Under the pieces are notes generated by a model. It had not been told where the DNA came from and ran no database searches. It saw only the letters and a program-made list of their open reading frames with translations. 64,000 nt of DNA. It comes from Chiloscyllium plagiosum. Lineage: Eukaryota. The number at the start of each line of letters is the position of its first letter. The first letter of the stretch is position 1. Positions 61,435 through 64,000 of this stretch are shown here, one piece after another. The translations under genes were made by a program, and so were the position numbers. The stretch spans positions 107,482,709 to 107,546,708 of the forward strand of contig NC_057717.1 of NCBI RefSeq assembly GCF_004010195.1. Direction: 5' to 3'.

Positions 61435-61463
61435 AAGTGGCAAAAAATGACAACATAAATGAG
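61435..61463 (+). CDS. Candidate exon 8b (29 nt): (T)SGKK-stop after exon 7, or (K)VAKNDNINE if joined in phase 1
   Basis: Acceptor tatttctgttatatttcag and near-consensus donor GAG|gtgagt. The donor implies a further exon downstream that I could not locate in the window. Confidence 0.5.
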
Positions 61464-61739
61464 GTGAGTGATCTACGTTAGAGATATTTAAAAACTGTGA
61501 CTCTAGGCATTGATTCCAGGTGGGCCTGTAATTTTCAATATTAAGCTGTACCTAAGAAATAACCTTGGAGCCAATTTTCATATAAAGGCTAATTTACACT
61601 TTTATGTCTTCCCTTCACCCTTGATTTCAATCGTGAGTGATGGCTGATGTATGGTCAAGTTGTGGATAAACAAAATATTTTTGCCATTAACATTAGCAAG
61701 ACCAATCTATGCTGTTCAGCCCCTGCTAGAGATTTCAAA

Positions 61740-62720
61740 CATGGGGTTCCATACACTTGTGAATTCCATATAATCACAGTTATTTTGGGTGAGTATAATT
61801 GAGGATTCAGATAGACAATGCACATAAATGTCACACTTGTCTTGAATTGACTTTTCCAGTATGATCTGTGTAGACCTCCTTAGCTTCATTCCACATAAAT
61901 GCCAATTCCTCAAGAACATTACTGCCCTCATCCTGTCCTTCATTAAGTTCCACCCAACAAATCACAAAGTGCTTACTAATCTCAATAAACTTCATAACGA
62001 CAACAACAAGAGCACAATTCCCTAGATATGGTCTTGCTAAGGCGCTGTATAACTAAAGGAAAACATCCCTCATTGTGTACTACATTATTTCTGTAATAAA
62101 CAACAACATTCTATTTGCCTTCCCAGTTATCATTGTACCTTCATTCTAGCCTTTTGTGATTCATGCACCAGGATCTTCCAGATCTCGCTGTCCTGCAGAG
62201 CTTTGCAGTCTTTCTCCATTTAAACAATACTGTGTTTGTGTTCTTCCTGTCAAAATGATCAAGTTCATATTTTCCTACAGGAGAGTCCATATGTCAAACT
62301 TTTACTCACTCAGTTAACCTATCTCTTTGCAGCCATCTTGTATCTTCTTCACAAATTCCCCGCCTGCTATTAAATGTGGCAACATTGCATTGGATTCTGT
62401 CAGGAGGAGAAAGTGAGGACTGCAGATGCAGAAGATCAGTGTCGAGAGTGTGTTGCTGGAAAAGCACAGCAGATCAGGCAGCATCCAAGGAGCAGGAGCA
62501 TTGATTTTTCGGGCATAAGCCCTTCATCAGGAATAGAATGATGAAGAGCTTATGCCCAAAACGTTAATTCCCTTGCTCCTCACATGCTGCCTGACCTGCT
62601 GTGCTTTCCCAGCAACACACTCTCGACATTGGATTCTGTCATCCAAGTTATTAATATGGTTTGTAAACAGTTGAAGCATTAGCTGTGGTCCCGATGGTAC
62701 TTTGTAATTACTGCTTGCCA
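61740..62720 (-). mobile_element. Old CR1 fragment with a palindromic Penelope insert (62403-62626)
   Basis: 15-bp TSD cattggattctgtca at 62388-62402 and 62627-62641; opposed hammerhead-like cores around 62500-62565. Confidence 0.8.
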
Positions 62721-62914
62721 ACCCAAGTTGACAATATATCTCAGCTTCCGCCAGAGGTCTCTAGTGTCATGATTGCCAGCCTTCAATTCACTTCATTTGA
62801 TAGCAAGAAACATCTGAAGTCTCTGGGTACCGTGAAGAACAGACATTCTGTCGATAATACTGAAGACACATGCTCCAGAAATTGCCATGCCCCCAACCAT
62901 TCTTTTTCAGTAGA

Positions 62915-64000
62915 GCTAAGACTAAAATTGGGCCCTTGAAGACAGAAACAGGGGAATATATTACGGGGAACAAAGAAATGGCAGGAGAATTGAATTGGTA
63001 CTTCAGATCTGTGTTCACTGGGGAAGACACAAGCAATCTCCCTGAAGTAACAGTGGCTGAAGGACCTGAACTTAAGGGAATTTATATTTGTCAGGAATTG
63101 GTGTTGGAGAGACTGTTAGGTCTGAAGCTTGATAAGTACAATACTTGCGTCAGCCTGACAATGTGGAAAATTGGGAGAAAGTGAGGACTGCAGATGCTGG
63201 AGAGTCAGAGTTGAAACTAAACTGGACGAGTCATATAAGTACAGTGTCTACAAGAGCAGGTCATAGTCTAGGAATGTCCCAGTGAGTAACTCACCACCTT
63301 ACTTCCCAAAGCCTGTCAATTTTCTGCAAGACATAGGCCAGGGTGTGATGGAATTATCCACACTTGCTTGAATTGGTCAGGGACCTCGAAGTGAAGGAGC
63401 CATTGGGAAGTAGTGACCATAATACAATAAGCTTCAATCTGCAATTTGAGAGGGAGAGGGTACAATCGGAAGTGACAATATTTCTGTTGAATAAAGGGAA
63501 CTATGGAGCTATGAGGGAGGAGCTGGCCAAAGTTCAATGGTGCAATACCTTAGCAGGGATGACAGTGGAGGAACAATGGCGGATATTTCTGTGTATAATG
63601 CAGAAGTTGCAGGATCACTTCATTTCAAAAAGGAAGAAAGATCCTAGGAGGAGGCATGGGTGGCCGTGGCTGACGAGGGCAGTTAAGAAACATATAAAGT
63701 TAAAAGAGAAAAAGTATAACATAGCAAAGATAAGTGGGAAAACAGAGGACTGGGAAGCTTGTAAAGAACAACAGAGGATTACTAAGAAGGAAATACGCAG
63801 AGAAAAAATGAGATACGAAGGTAAACTGGCCAAAAATATAAAGGAGAATAGTAAAAGCTTTTTTAGATGATATGTGAAAGGCAAAAAAATGGTTAAGACT
63901 AAAATTGGGCCCTTGAAGACAGAAAATGGGGAATATATTATGGGGAACAAAGAAATGGCAGAAGAGTTAAATTGGTACTTCAGATCTGTGCTCACTGGGG
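62915..64000 (+). mobile_element. Two fragments of a young CR1 family (62915-63135; 63366-64000)
   Basis: ORF 63364..63870 (EPLGSSDHNTISF, WPWLTRAVKK). The segment TKIGPLKTE.GEYI.GNKEMA.ELNWYFRSV occurs at both 62917 and 63894. Confidence 0.9.

Noticed and set aside
9236..62626. Recurring gctggaaaagcacagcagg...gcagcatcc repeat as a CRISPR-like array
   Set aside because: The copies are dispersed, TSD-flanked Penelope termini in eukaryotic DNA, with no regular repeat-spacer structure.
4490..64000. RT and endonuclease ORFs as an intact retroelement or host gene
   Set aside because: All are short frameshifted or stop-interrupted LINE or Penelope fragments; no full-length ORF is present.

Overview
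Vertebrate genomic DNA, most likely an elasmobranch (inferred from the HE1-like SINEs and the CR1/Penelope repeat mix). Most of the window is nested, decayed transposable elements: CR1 and L2-like LINEs, tRNA-derived SINEs, Penelope-like elements, PIF/Harbinger relics, two probable solo LTRs and one young Tx1/L1 insertion. There is an 835-nt assembly gap at 24107-24941. Spanning nearly the whole window on the + strand is a spliced gene that the ORF track shows only as fragments. It has a CpG-rich promoter (~2250-2420) and seven small coding exons (2412-2472, 11739-11807, 13369-13476, 22263-22361, 40711-40806, 51037-51228, 53385-53475) that join in frame without stops. The product is a ~243-254 aa type I membrane protein: signal peptide, Cys-free ectodomain built from apparently duplicated phase-1 exons, a 13x hexamer His/Glu tract, an RRFR site, a transmembrane helix split across two exons and a Lys-rich tail. 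Two candidate last coding exons follow (59891-59939, 61435-61463). I do not recognise the gene. The second recurring theme is about a dozen minimal hammerhead-ribozyme cores (CTGANGA-stem-GAAAC-GTC) in short, often palindromic, TSD-flanked Penelope-derived inserts. Near the 3' end there is a templated 181-bp insertion flanked by 31-bp direct repeats and a pre-miRNA-sized hairpin. All calls were made by eye; no database search was run.
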